A stretch of DNA of 64,000 nucleotides from Candidatus Staskawiczbacteria bacterium RIFCSPHIGHO2_01_FULL_39_25 (GCA_001820095.1 MHOO01000008.1:8597-72596); one strand, 5' to 3'. Counted from the stretch's first letter, positions 19,031 through 28,068 are shown. Notes: a model not told the origin generated them from the sequence alone. Translations and numbers: made by a program.

Positions 19031-19528
19031 ATGATAAAACAACAAATTCAGCTGGATGCTAACAGTGCTTTAAAATCAGGCGACCAATTCTCTTGCGGAG
19101 TTTTGCGTATGGCTTTGTCGGCAATTAATGCCAAAGAAAAAGAAAAAAGGTATAAAGTTTCCAAGGAAGCGCCGGAATTAGAAGAAGAAGCTTTGCTAAA
19201 AAAATCAGAATTATCCGATGACGAAATTATCGGTGTTATTTCTTCTGAAATAAAAAAGAGAAAAGATGCCATTGCCTTATATGAAAAAGGCAGTCGGCAG
19301 GAATTAGCGGATAAAGAACAAAAAGAGGTTCAAATTTTGCAGAAATACCTGCCAGAACAGTTATCAGAAGAAGAATTAAAAAAGTTAATTGAAGAAAGTA
19401 TTAGTAAAACAGGCGCTCAAGAAATAAAAGACATGGGCAAGATTATGGCGGATCTGATGCCAAAAATAAAAGGAAAAGCAGATAATTCCCAGGTGAGCAG
19501 AGTAATAAAAGAACTTTTGTCTGGATAA
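19031..19528 (+). CDS. GatB/YqeY domain protein
   Basis: MIKQQIQLDANSALKSGD..LRMALSAINAKEKE..LQKYLPEQLSEEEL pattern. I chose the ATG at 19031 because the upstream part of the ORF runs through an intergenic hairpin. Confidence 0.75.
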   Translation: MIKQQIQLDANSALKSGDQFSCGVLRMALSAINAKEKEKRYKVSKEAPELEEEALLKKSELSDDEIIGVISSEIKKRKDAIALYEKGSRQELADKEQKEVQILQKYLPEQLSEEELKKLIEESISKTGAQEIKDMGKIMADLMPKIKGKADNSQVSRVIKELLSG

Positions 19529-19556
19529 ATTGAGAATTCTCTTCTCAATTTTTTGT
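19528..19556 (+). terminator. Rho-independent terminator
   Basis: AATTGAGAA-ttctc-TTCTCAATT followed by TTTT. Confidence 0.65.
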
Positions 19557-19598
19557 TGTATGATAAAATAGATAAAATAATATTAAATCAAAAAACAT

Positions 19599-19874
19599 AT
19601 GCAAGATACCGTAAAATCTATTGAAAAATATTCAGGTAAAATAGCAGGCCAATTGGCCATGTTTGTTAAAAAATATTTTGGAGAGATGCTCACGGTTTCC
19701 GGGTTGGTTATTTTTTTCTATAATATACTTGATTTCAGTTACCGCAGAGTTTCTACTAGTGTGATTGCTTATTACTATAAGCCATCAACATTGCAGTTGA
19801 TAACCATTGGTATTGCATTGCTTACTGTTGGAATTATGATTATGAGGAATAAGGATAAAAATTATGGAAAATAA
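19599..19874 (+). CDS. Hypothetical small membrane protein
   Basis: Two hydrophobic helices and no recognisable motif. Confidence 0.4.
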   Translation: MQDTVKSIEKYSGKIAGQLAMFVKKYFGEMLTVSGLVIFFYNILDFSYRRVSTSVIAYYYKPSTLQLITIGIALLTVGIMIMRNKDKNYGK

Positions 19875-20553
19875 GGCTCTTTTGCTGCCGGTAGGGGATT
19901 TATTTAAAAAAAGCTTTCAAATTTATAAGGAAAAGTACCGGGCCTTTATTGGAATATCTTCTATAAATTTGCCTTTGTTCCTGCTATTCCCCCTATTTTC
20001 TTTTCTTGACTACCATTTTAGGGAACCAATAGTTTCTAACCTAGCCCTGCTTATCATCGCTATTATAGTAATGATCATAGCAGGTTTAACTGGCGCAATA
20101 ATTAAATTATGGTCATTTGCCTCTACGATTTTCTTTATAAGAGAGAGAAATGCAAATGATAATATTAGATATTTTCTGGCGCTAGGATGGTCTAAATTGA
20201 ATGCTTACTTATGGGTTTACCTCTTGATGAGTGTTATTTCAGTGATAGGTTTTATATTATTCATAATACCCGGCATTATATTCAGCGTTTGGTATAGCCT
20301 ATCGTTATATATTTTTGCTAATGAGAATGTAAGGGGAATGGAGGCGTTAAAGAGAAGTAAAGAGTTGGTTGCCGGAAATTGGTGGGCAGTATTCAATAGA
20401 TTTCTTGCTCTGGGGATTATATTGTTAATCATTGCAGTAGTAACCGGGTGGGCTCCCTTAATAGGGTCGTTGGTTAATTTATTTTTTATCATGCCATTCA
20501 GCCTAATTTATGGATACTTGCTCTATGAGGATTTAAAAAGAGTAAAAACTTAA
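19864..20553 (+). CDS. Polytopic membrane protein (DUF975/GDPD-membrane-domain-like)
   Basis: About 5 TM helices. The family assignment is only a resemblance. Confidence 0.45.
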   Translation: MENKALLLPVGDLFKKSFQIYKEKYRAFIGISSINLPLFLLFPLFSFLDYHFREPIVSNLALLIIAIIVMIIAGLTGAIIKLWSFASTIFFIRERNANDNIRYFLALGWSKLNAYLWVYLLMSVISVIGFILFIIPGIIFSVWYSLSLYIFANENVRGMEALKRSKELVAGNWWAVFNRFLALGIILLIIAVVTGWAPLIGSLVNLFFIMPFSLIYGYLLYEDLKRVKT

Positions 20554-20564
20554 TATGACTAATT

Positions 20565-20596
20565 AAAATCCCCGTGGCTAACGGGGATTTTGTTTT
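20565..20596 (+). terminator. Rho-independent terminator
   Basis: AAAATCCCCGT-ggcta-ACGGGGATTTT followed by GTTTTT. Confidence 0.75.
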
Positions 20597-20703
20597 TAAG
20601 CATAATAGGGTATTATAACTCACATAACTCATAACCCATAACATAGAACACATAACAAAAAAACGACTTCGTAGTTTTGTTCCATGTTCCATGTTTGATT
20701 TCC

Positions 20704-21123
20704 ATGAGTAGAATTGAGATCAATAATCTTACTAATTTTGTTGTGGATAAAAAGTTTTTTATAGGGGTTGCAAAAAAAGTCTTAAAAGGCGAAAATAGAG
20801 AAAGAGAAAACTTATCTATTGCTTTTGTCAGTGCTTCAGAAATACATAAGCTGAATAAAAAATATCGGAAAAAAGATAGCCCTACGGATGTGCTTAGTTT
20901 TCAAAGAGTTTCAGCATTTAAAGATGAGTGTTCTGAAGTTATTATCTGTCCTGAAGTGGTAAGAAAGAATGCCCAAGAACCCAAAATGAGTTTAAGGAAA
21001 GAGCTAGCAAGTATTCTCATTCATGGAATACTGCATGCTTTAGGATACGATCATGAGCAGTCAGCAAAAGAAGCAGAGAAAATGTTTGCAAAACAAGATT
21101 ATTATTTTGCAAAGATAAAGTAA
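20704..21123 (+). CDS. ybeY: rRNA maturation RNase YbeY
   Basis: HGILHALGYDH zinc motif. The start at MSRIEINN was chosen over the ORF-track start at 20677. Confidence 0.9.
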   Translation: MSRIEINNLTNFVVDKKFFIGVAKKVLKGENRERENLSIAFVSASEIHKLNKKYRKKDSPTDVLSFQRVSAFKDECSEVIICPEVVRKNAQEPKMSLRKELASILIHGILHALGYDHEQSAKEAEKMFAKQDYYFAKIK

Positions 21124-21248
21124 ATCATAAACTAGAATCTTGAATCTGGTATCTGGTATCTTGAATTGAATTTTGAATTTAGAATCGGCAATTCTTTATT
21201 CTGTATTCTATTCTAGATTCAAGATACGAGATTCTAGATTCAAGCGTA

Positions 21249-22490
21249 ATGGCCAAGGGTCAAATTATTACCGGCTTAGACATTGGAACTCATACGATAA
21301 AAATCCTCGTTGCCCAAAATAATGGGTTGGGATGGGAATTTCTATCTTATTCGCAAATACCTTCCTTTGGCTTGCGAAGAGGAGCAGTGGTAAATGTTGA
21401 AGAAACGGTAAAAAATATACAATTATTGCTGTCGAGTGTTGAAAAAGACTGCGGGCGGAAAATTAATTCTGTTTTCGTGAATATTGGCGGAAGCCATCTC
21501 TATGCCACTCCCTCCGACGGATTAATTTCCGTATCGCGGGCTGACCATATTATTTCCCAAGAGGATATTGAAAGGGTGTTGCAGGCGACACGGGCAATTA
21601 ATATCCCGTTAAATGAAGAGATCCTTGATGTTTTTCCAAGGGAGTTCATTATTGATGACCAAAAGGGCATTAAACAACCCTTAGGTTTGGTGGGCGTCAG
21701 GCTGGAGGCAAAAGTTATTTTACTCTGTTATTTTCAGTCTTATTTTATCAACTTGACGCAGGCAGTGTTAAATGCAAAACTACAGATTGACGATATTATT
21801 CCTTCTTCCTTGGCTGCAGCCCAAGCGGTGCTCACTCCTCAGCAAAAAGAAATTGGAGTTGCGCTCATAGATATAGGATCTGCTACTACCAGCTTGGCGG
21901 TTTTTGAAGAGGGAGATTTGATCCACTTTGCCGTATTCCCCTTGGGGAGCGCAAACATCACTAATGATATTGCTATCGGGCTAAAAACGGAAGTTGCTGT
22001 TGCCGAAGATATTAAAAAACAGCACGGAACCTGCATTATTGCCAAGAACGATAAAGAAAAGAAAGATCAGGCAAAGAAGAAGCTGGAAGTATTTGATAAA
22101 TCGTATCCGCTTTCTTTCACCAAAAAGAACTTAGTGGATATTATAGAGCCAAGAGTTTCTGAAATTTTAGATTTAATGCAGAAAGAATTAAAAAAAATCG
22201 GCCGGAATGAATTGTTGCCGGGAGGCATTGTGTTGACGGGAGGAGGGGCGAAAATCCCCAAGATAAAAGAATTAGCTAAGGAACGGTTAAAACTTACCTG
22301 TGAAATAGGCGTTCCTAGGGGCATTAACGGGCTTGAGCCGGATCCCGCGCTGGCTACGGTCGCAGGATTGGTATTAGGTAGCGCAGATTTTTCCAATTCA
22401 CAAAAAGATGGTATATTGGGTTTGCCATTAGAGTTTATGAAAGGATGGGGCTCAAAAATGAGAAAAATGTTCAGGGTTTTTATACCCTGA
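21249..22490 (+). CDS. ftsA: Cell division protein FtsA
   Basis: Actin-fold motifs GLDIGTHTIK, DIGSATT and LTGGGAKIP. There is a C-terminal amphipathic helix, KMRKMFRVFIP. Confidence 0.9.
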   Translation: MAKGQIITGLDIGTHTIKILVAQNNGLGWEFLSYSQIPSFGLRRGAVVNVEETVKNIQLLLSSVEKDCGRKINSVFVNIGGSHLYATPSDGLISVSRADHIISQEDIERVLQATRAINIPLNEEILDVFPREFIIDDQKGIKQPLGLVGVRLEAKVILLCYFQSYFINLTQAVLNAKLQIDDIIPSSLAAAQAVLTPQQKEIGVALIDIGSATTSLAVFEEGDLIHFAVFPLGSANITNDIAIGLKTEVAVAEDIKKQHGTCIIAKNDKEKKDQAKKKLEVFDKSYPLSFTKKNLVDIIEPRVSEILDLMQKELKKIGRNELLPGGIVLTGGGAKIPKIKELAKERLKLTCEIGVPRGINGLEPDPALATVAGLVLGSADFSNSQKDGILGLPLEFMKGWGSKMRKMFRVFIP

Positions 22491-22501
22491 AAATAATTAC
22501 C

Positions 22502-23422
22502 ATGAATCCAAAAATTAAGGTGGTGGGGGTTGGGGGATCGGGGTCTAATACTATTTCGCGCATTGCGAAATTCAATGTAAGGGGAGTGGATTTAATAGCG
22601 GTTAATACCGATGCCCAGGCATTGCATTTTTGCAAAGTTCCCCAAAAGATTTTAATTGGAAAAAATATTACGAAAGGATTGGGAGCCGGTATGGATGTAT
22701 CGTTAGGAAGGCAGGCAGCTCAAGAAAGTCAAGAAGAAATAACCGAGGCATTACGAGGAGCTGATATGGTTTTTATTACTTGCGGATTAGGAGGGGGAAC
22801 GGGAAGCGGGGCCGGGCCTATTATTGCGGAATTATCCCAAAAAATGGGTATTTTAACCATAGCCGTGGTTACTACTCCTTTTTCATTTGAAGGTGAACAG
22901 AGGAAGCAAGTGGCAAAAAAAGCTATGGAAGATTTAACGGGAAAGGTGGATTCTTTATTAATAATTTCTAATGATAAGCTTCTCAAAATCATTGATGAGA
23001 AGACAACCGTTTCTAACGCTTTTGAAATTTGCGACGATACGTTAAAACAAGCGGTCCAAGGCATCACTGATTTAATTTTAGCTCCGGGAATCATCACTAT
23101 TGATTTTGCTTCAGTTATTTCTATTATGAAGAATTCCGGACAGGCGTTGTTTGGCACCGGAAAGGCTCAAGGAGCAAATCGCGCCGTTGAGGCTGCGACA
23201 AAGGCAATTAATTCCCCATTGTTAGATTTTTCCATAAAAGGCTCTAAGGGCATTTTATTTAATGCATCAGGCAATGATACAACTCTCAACGAAATACAAG
23301 AAGCTGCAAAAGTCATTACCGAGAATGCTGATCCGAGGGCGCAAATTATTTTTGGGGCGGTAAAGGATGATATGTTAAAGAAAGGGGAGTTAAAAATAAC
23401 TGTGATTGCCACAAAATTCTAG
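22502..23422 (+). CDS. ftsZ: Cell division protein FtsZ (306 aa, ends at globular core)
   Basis: GVGGSGSN, GLGGGTGSGAGP and NTDAQAL motifs. The protein ends ..ITVIATKF-stop. The start at 22502 lies after the ftsA stop. Confidence 0.95.
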   Translation: MNPKIKVVGVGGSGSNTISRIAKFNVRGVDLIAVNTDAQALHFCKVPQKILIGKNITKGLGAGMDVSLGRQAAQESQEEITEALRGADMVFITCGLGGGTGSGAGPIIAELSQKMGILTIAVVTTPFSFEGEQRKQVAKKAMEDLTGKVDSLLIISNDKLLKIIDEKTTVSNAFEICDDTLKQAVQGITDLILAPGIITIDFASVISIMKNSGQALFGTGKAQGANRAVEAATKAINSPLLDFSIKGSKGILFNASGNDTTLNEIQEAAKVITENADPRAQIIFGAVKDDMLKKGELKITVIATKF

Positions 23423-23488
23423 AAAAGTATAAATTATTAGGTATCAGGTATGCAAAATACTTAATACCAAATATGAAATACTCGTTGC

Positions 23489-25036
23489 ATGACTCCGTCT
23501 AAAGCGCTCTTTTATTTTTGCCTTTCTTTCATCATAGGAATATTTTTTGCTTCACTTATTGAAATTCCCCAGGTTATTTCTTGGGGTTTTTTGTTGACGG
23601 GAATTCTCATGATTTTTACTCCATTCGTGATTCGTGTAAATTCATCAGCCATTCGTGAAAGTTCGTTAATTACGTTCAACGGCTACCACGCCGTGGTAGC
23701 CGTTGAACGTAAGTTAATTATTGGATTTTGCATATTATTTTTAGTGGTGGGTGTTGCCAGGTTCCAAATTGCTGAATTTGCCATTGCCAATGACCAGTTA
23801 GTTAAACTAAACGATACGCCGGATAATATTGCGCTTACAGGCCGAATCATTGATGCGCCCGATATTCGGGATACATCCCAGAAATTAAAAATTAAAGTTG
23901 ATAGAACTAAGAGCATGGTGCTGGTTACCACTCAACGTTTTCCCGAATACCACTATTTAGATGAGGTAAAATTGACCGGAAAGTTGAAGAAGCCGCCCGA
24001 ATTTGAGGATTTTAATTATAGAAATTATTTATTAAAAGATGGAATCTATTCTATTATGAGTTTTCCAAAGATTGAATTAACTTCACAAGAACATCATTAC
24101 ACAGTGGTTACTTTTTTATATAGCAGGATTTTATTGCTAAAAGAAGTATTCAGAACATCAATCAGCCAAAACTTTTCTCCTCCGCAAAGCGCTCTTTTAG
24201 AGGGCATTATGCTGGGGAACACTTCTGGCATGAGCCGCGAGGTAAAAGATAAAATGTCAGCTACCGGCTTAACCCACCTTACGGCAATTTCCGGTTCTAA
24301 CATCGTAATTCTAAGCTTAATTTTACTTCATGTTTTGCTCTTTTTAGGATTTTGGCGCGGCCAGGCTTTTTATATTACCGTGGCATTCATCTGGATTTAT
24401 ATTATTATGACCGCTCTCCCTCCTTCGGGCATACGGGCTGCTATCATGGCAACTATTTTCTTATTAGGGCAAAAATTAGGAAGGCAAAATACCAATTCAA
24501 GGGTTATTGTGATAGCGGCTGCATTGATGACCGTGCAAAATCCTCTGCTTTTAATATATGATGTGGGTTTTCAGCTTTCTTTTCTGGCTTTATTGGGAAT
24601 TATACATTTAAAACCAATTACCGATGCCTTATTCATTAAAGTTAAGTATAAAGAAGCAAAGAATTTGTTAGCTATAGTTTCTATGACGCTCGCTGCCCAA
24701 ATCTATACCGCTCCTATTATTATGTATAACTTCAAGCAAATTTCTTTGGTCGCCCCTATTACCAATCTTTTAGTGATCCCGGCTATTACCTGGATAATGG
24801 TTACGGGGTTTATTGCAATTGTTTTCGGGATTTTTTCAACTACATTGGGATTCATTTTTTCTCTGCCTTGCTGGATACTGCTGACATACTTTTTAAAAAT
24901 AATGGATGTTTTTTACCAGCCGTGGTCCGTTATAGCCATGCAGAATGTTTCTTGGATTTGGGTTGCCTTTTATTATTTAATCCTCGCATGGCTGGTGTGG
25001 CTTCTTCATAAAAGACAACAGCCGAAATTTTTATAG
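23489..25036 (+). CDS. comEC: ComEC/Rec2 DNA-uptake channel (no metallo-beta-lactamase domain)
   Basis: N-terminal TMs, an OB-like DUF4131 region and a competence domain (GLTHLTAISGSNI), 515 aa in total. Confidence 0.8.
   Translation: MTPSKALFYFCLSFIIGIFFASLIEIPQVISWGFLLTGILMIFTPFVIRVNSSAIRESSLITFNGYHAVVAVERKLIIGFCILFLVVGVARFQIAEFAIANDQLVKLNDTPDNIALTGRIIDAPDIRDTSQKLKIKVDRTKSMVLVTTQRFPEYHYLDEVKLTGKLKKPPEFEDFNYRNYLLKDGIYSIMSFPKIELTSQEHHYTVVTFLYSRILLLKEVFRTSISQNFSPPQSALLEGIMLGNTSGMSREVKDKMSATGLTHLTAISGSNIVILSLILLHVLLFLGFWRGQAFYITVAFIWIYIIMTALPPSGIRAAIMATIFLLGQKLGRQNTNSRVIVIAAALMTVQNPLLLIYDVGFQLSFLALLGIIHLKPITDALFIKVKYKEAKNLLAIVSMTLAAQIYTAPIIMYNFKQISLVAPITNLLVIPAITWIMVTGFIAIVFGIFSTTLGFIFSLPCWILLTYFLKIMDVFYQPWSVIAMQNVSWIWVAFYYLILAWLVWLLHKRQQPKFL
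23670..23712. repeat. Family-B palindromic element, copy 1 (in frame inside comEC), flanked by direct repeat GTTAA
   Basis: TTACGTTCAACGGCTACCACG-c-CGTGGTAGCCGTTGAACGTAA (21+1+21). GTTAA occurs at 23665-23669 and 23713-23717. Confidence 0.9.
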
Positions 25037-25059
25037 TACTGATTTTTAGCAAAAAAAAT

Positions 25060-25081
25060 GCCGTAGGGAAAACCCTGCGGC
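25060..25081. terminator. Bidirectional terminator between comEC and the convergent GC-rich gene
   Basis: GCCGTAGGG-aaaa-CCCTGCGGC with an A8 run before and a T-rich stretch after. Confidence 0.65.
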
Positions 25082-25097
25082 TTGTTTGTTTGAATTG

Positions 25098-25559
25098 CTA
25101 CGCAATGGCAGCAAAGTACTGTGTTGGCAACGATGAAATTTCTCTGGGCATGCAGTGGTCGTTAATCCATAGGAGGATAATTTTTACCTCAAAATTCAGG
25201 CGGAATGACCTGATGATCTTTTCAACAGTTCTGCGCGCGCGCCGCAATTGTTTAATTTGGCGCTTGCGGGTAGTAGGATTTCCCGCACATTGATGATGGG
25301 CGGCAATGGCAACAATCCTAGATCCGTGGTTCTCAATCGAAGTTTTTAGCATATCGGTCACTTCTAGCATCCAGTATAAATGCCTTAAATCTTCCCGGTC
25401 AACTTTTTGCGAAAGCTTTCTGACCGGACCCTTGGCGGTTATTTTATCTACGTGCGTAAGGCCGTACTTCCTTTTCATGAACTTGCGCACAGCGCCCTGA
25501 ACGCTTCCGTCCATACAGTTAATTGCGGTTCCATATCTCCTAGTCATCGCACTGGTCAT
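25098..25559 (-). CDS. Hypothetical protein with beta-carbonic-anhydrase-like Cys/His motifs (CMDGS .. HHQCAG)
   Basis: 153 aa with a strong GAGAGGAG ribosome-binding site. It looks richer in G+C than its neighbours by eye. The spacing of C-x-D and H-x-x-C recalls beta-CA zinc ligands. This is a resemblance only. Confidence 0.4.
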   Translation of the reverse strand: MTSAMTRRYGTAINCMDGSVQGAVRKFMKRKYGLTHVDKITAKGPVRKLSQKVDREDLRHLYWMLEVTDMLKTSIENHGSRIVAIAAHHQCAGNPTTRKRQIKQLRRARRTVEKIIRSFRLNFEVKIILLWINDHCMPREISSLPTQYFAAIA

Positions 25560-25607
25560 CGGTTCTCCTCTCTACGTCTTGTAAAGGTACTGGTGGGTTT
25601 ACGTCCT

Positions 25608-25674
25608 GTTGACACCATGTCAACATCATGCTCGCCCAAGAGTTATCATATCAATAATAAGAACATCTTGTCAA
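25608..25674 (-). promoter_or_regulatory. Promoter (TTGACA-18 nt-TATGAT on minus strand) plus leader inverted repeat GTTGACA-n3-TGTCAAC
   Basis: On the minus strand, the -35 maps to plus-strand 25669-25674 and the -10 to 25645-25650. The IR lies at 25608-25624 in the roughly 85-nt leader. Confidence 0.5.
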
Positions 25675-25718
25675 TATTTTTAATAGTATCTTAATAATTG
25701 CACAGTACTTGAAAAATA

Positions 25719-27062
25719 GTGTATAATTTAATGAATACACTATTTGAATATACCGTTATTATGCTAGAAAAAGATTCTATTCATAAAAAGGCCTGGGTTG
25801 TGGCAGCGGACATGGGCTATGGCCACCAAAGAACCGCGCATCCCTTAATGGGGATTGCTTTTGGCAGAAAGATCATCAATGCCAATAACTACCAAGGCAT
25901 TACGGTAAAAGACAGGAATTTTTGGCAGATGACGAAGTCTTCTTATGAGTTTATTGCAAGATTCAGGCGCATTCCTTTTATCGGGGAAAAAATTTATTTA
26001 TTTTTTGACAGTTTCCAGAAAATCCTAGGATATTATCCCCAGCGCGATTTATCAAAATCAAATTTCGGCGGCAGGATTATTTACTATTTTATAAAACGGG
26101 GGTGGGGCAAAAACCTGGTAGCAAGGTTGCAAAGAACCCCTTTGCCGCTTATCACGACTTTTTTCACTCCTGCGTTTATGGCAGAAGAATTTGGCTACCT
26201 TAACCAGGTTTACTGCGTTATTTGCGATGCCGATATTGCGCGGGCGTGGGTGGCCTTAGATCCCAAAAAAAGCAGGATTAAGTATTTTGCCCCATGCACC
26301 TGGGCGCGGGACCGGTTAAAGCTCTACGGGGTAAAGCCGGAAAATATTATCCTTACGGGGTATCCTTTGCCAAAAGAGAATCTTGGGGGAGAAAATCTTC
26401 AAACGCTAAAAAAAGATTTATCGTATCGCCTTCTAAATCTTGATCCCAATGGCAGGTACCGCAGACTGTATGCCCCCTTAATTAAAGGATACTTTGGAGA
26501 GCTTCCTAAAATTTCCAATCATCCTTTAACGATATTATTTTCTATTGGAGGAGCTGGCGCCCAGAAAGAGATAGGGGTGAAAATAGTAAACAAGCTGGCA
26601 GGTAAAATTAGAGCGGAAAAATTGAGGGTTATCATTTCGGTGGGCATGCGGGAAGAATTAAGGAAATATTTTGCTGACCATATCAAAAATTTAAAATTAG
26701 ATGGGTGGGTGCATATGCTATCTGGAAAAACGGTCACCGAATATTTTGAGAAATTTAACCAAGCGCTAAGAACCACAGATCTCTTATGGACAAAACCTTC
26801 AGAACTTTCTTTTTATGCCGCATTGGGCATACCTATCATTCTTGCCCCTTCCATGGGTTCGCAGGAAGATTTTAATAGGAAATGGCTTTTGCATGTTGGC
26901 GCCGCAGTTCCCGAAGAAGACCTTAATTATGTTGATGAATGGCTGTATGACCTGCTTTTAGCCGGAGATTTTGCGGAAATGGCTATGCAGGGATTCATTG
27001 AAATGGAAAAACTGGGAACTTATAATATTGAGCGGGAAGTAGCCAAAATAAACCATGCATAA
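25719..27062 (+). CDS. Hypothetical protein, possible GT-B-fold glycosyltransferase-like (start uncertain: GTG 25719, ATG 25731 or 25761)
   Basis: N-terminal AADMGYGHQRTAH resembles the G-x-GH motif of the MGDG-synthase/MurG-like gene at 28069. It also has a central IGGAGAQ. Confidence 0.35.
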   Translation: MYNLMNTLFEYTVIMLEKDSIHKKAWVVAADMGYGHQRTAHPLMGIAFGRKIINANNYQGITVKDRNFWQMTKSSYEFIARFRRIPFIGEKIYLFFDSFQKILGYYPQRDLSKSNFGGRIIYYFIKRGWGKNLVARLQRTPLPLITTFFTPAFMAEEFGYLNQVYCVICDADIARAWVALDPKKSRIKYFAPCTWARDRLKLYGVKPENIILTGYPLPKENLGGENLQTLKKDLSYRLLNLDPNGRYRRLYAPLIKGYFGELPKISNHPLTILFSIGGAGAQKEIGVKIVNKLAGKIRAEKLRVIISVGMREELRKYFADHIKNLKLDGWVHMLSGKTVTEYFEKFNQALRTTDLLWTKPSELSFYAALGIPIILAPSMGSQEDFNRKWLLHVGAAVPEEDLNYVDEWLYDLLLAGDFAEMAMQGFIEMEKLGTYNIEREVAKINHA

Positions 27063-28056
27063 CATTTTTAAAATGTTTTTATTAGTTTTTACTCTCATAT
27101 TTTTATTTTTTCTGTACTACTTTTTTATTGCAAAAGCTCCAAAACAGGAAAAAATAATATGGGGGGTTAACTTCTCCCAAATGCAAGCAGAGGCATTAGG
27201 GTTAGATTGGAAAAAAACCTACTTAGCTATATTAAAAGATTTGGGGGCAAAAAATATAAAACTGCTTACCCAGTGGGATTGGGTTGAGGGCAAGAGAGAT
27301 GATTTTTATTTTAACGATATTGATTGGCAGGTAGAGCAGGCAAAAATACATGGGGTTAAATTAATCTATGTGGTGGGAATGAAAACGGGCCGCTGGCCCG
27401 AATGCCATGTGCCCGAATGGGCTGGCAACCTTTCTAAAAACGACCAGCAAGAAGAATTGTTGCAATATATCACAGCAGTGGTAGAAAGATATAAAAATAG
27501 CGATACTATTGTCGCTTGGCAGGCGGAAAACGAACCCTTATTTATTTTTGGAAAATGCCCGTGGTACGACAAGAAGTTTTTAATTAAAGAAGTTGCCCTT
27601 ATAAAATCGCTTGATGCAACGCGCCCGGTTATTGTTTCAGATTCAGGCGAGCAGTCATTATGGATTACCGCCGCAAGAATTGGAGATATTGTGGGAACTA
27701 CTATGTACAGAAAAGCCTGGTTTCATATTATAGATGGGTTGGGATTTTACGGCAGTTTTCCTATTCCGCCGGTTTTCTATTGGCATAAGGCTCAAATGAT
27801 AAAATACTTATTTAATAAAGAGGTAATCAGCGTGGAGCTTCAGGCCGAACCATGGGGTTCAAAACTTATTTATGACATACCCCTTGCAGAACAGGAAAAA
27901 ACGATGGATTTTAACCAATTTAAAAAAAATATTGCTTATGCAAAAGCCACCGGCCTAAAAGAGTTCTATCTATGGGGCGCCGAATGGTGGTATTGGCTCA
28001 AAGAAACCCAAAACAAGCCTGGTATATGGAACGAAGCGAAAAAAATGTTCCAATAA
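27055..28056 (+). CDS. Membrane-anchored clan GH-A (GH5-like) glycoside hydrolase
   Basis: N-terminal TM segment, WQAENEP catalytic-acid motif, and a TIM-barrel-like pattern. Confidence 0.55.
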   Translation: MHNIFKMFLLVFTLIFLFFLYYFFIAKAPKQEKIIWGVNFSQMQAEALGLDWKKTYLAILKDLGAKNIKLLTQWDWVEGKRDDFYFNDIDWQVEQAKIHGVKLIYVVGMKTGRWPECHVPEWAGNLSKNDQQEELLQYITAVVERYKNSDTIVAWQAENEPLFIFGKCPWYDKKFLIKEVALIKSLDATRPVIVSDSGEQSLWITAARIGDIVGTTMYRKAWFHIIDGLGFYGSFPIPPVFYWHKAQMIKYLFNKEVISVELQAEPWGSKLIYDIPLAEQEKTMDFNQFKKNIAYAKATGLKEFYLWGAEWWYWLKETQNKPGIWNEAKKMFQ

Positions 28057-28068
28057 TTCAAAGTAAAT

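Noticed and set aside
25709-25727. TTGAAA...TGTATAAT might be the promoter for the 447-aa gene.
   Set aside because: The -35-like and -10-like hexamers are only 7 nt apart. The TATAAT alone may still function, but I cannot support a full promoter call, so the true start codon of the gene stays uncertain.
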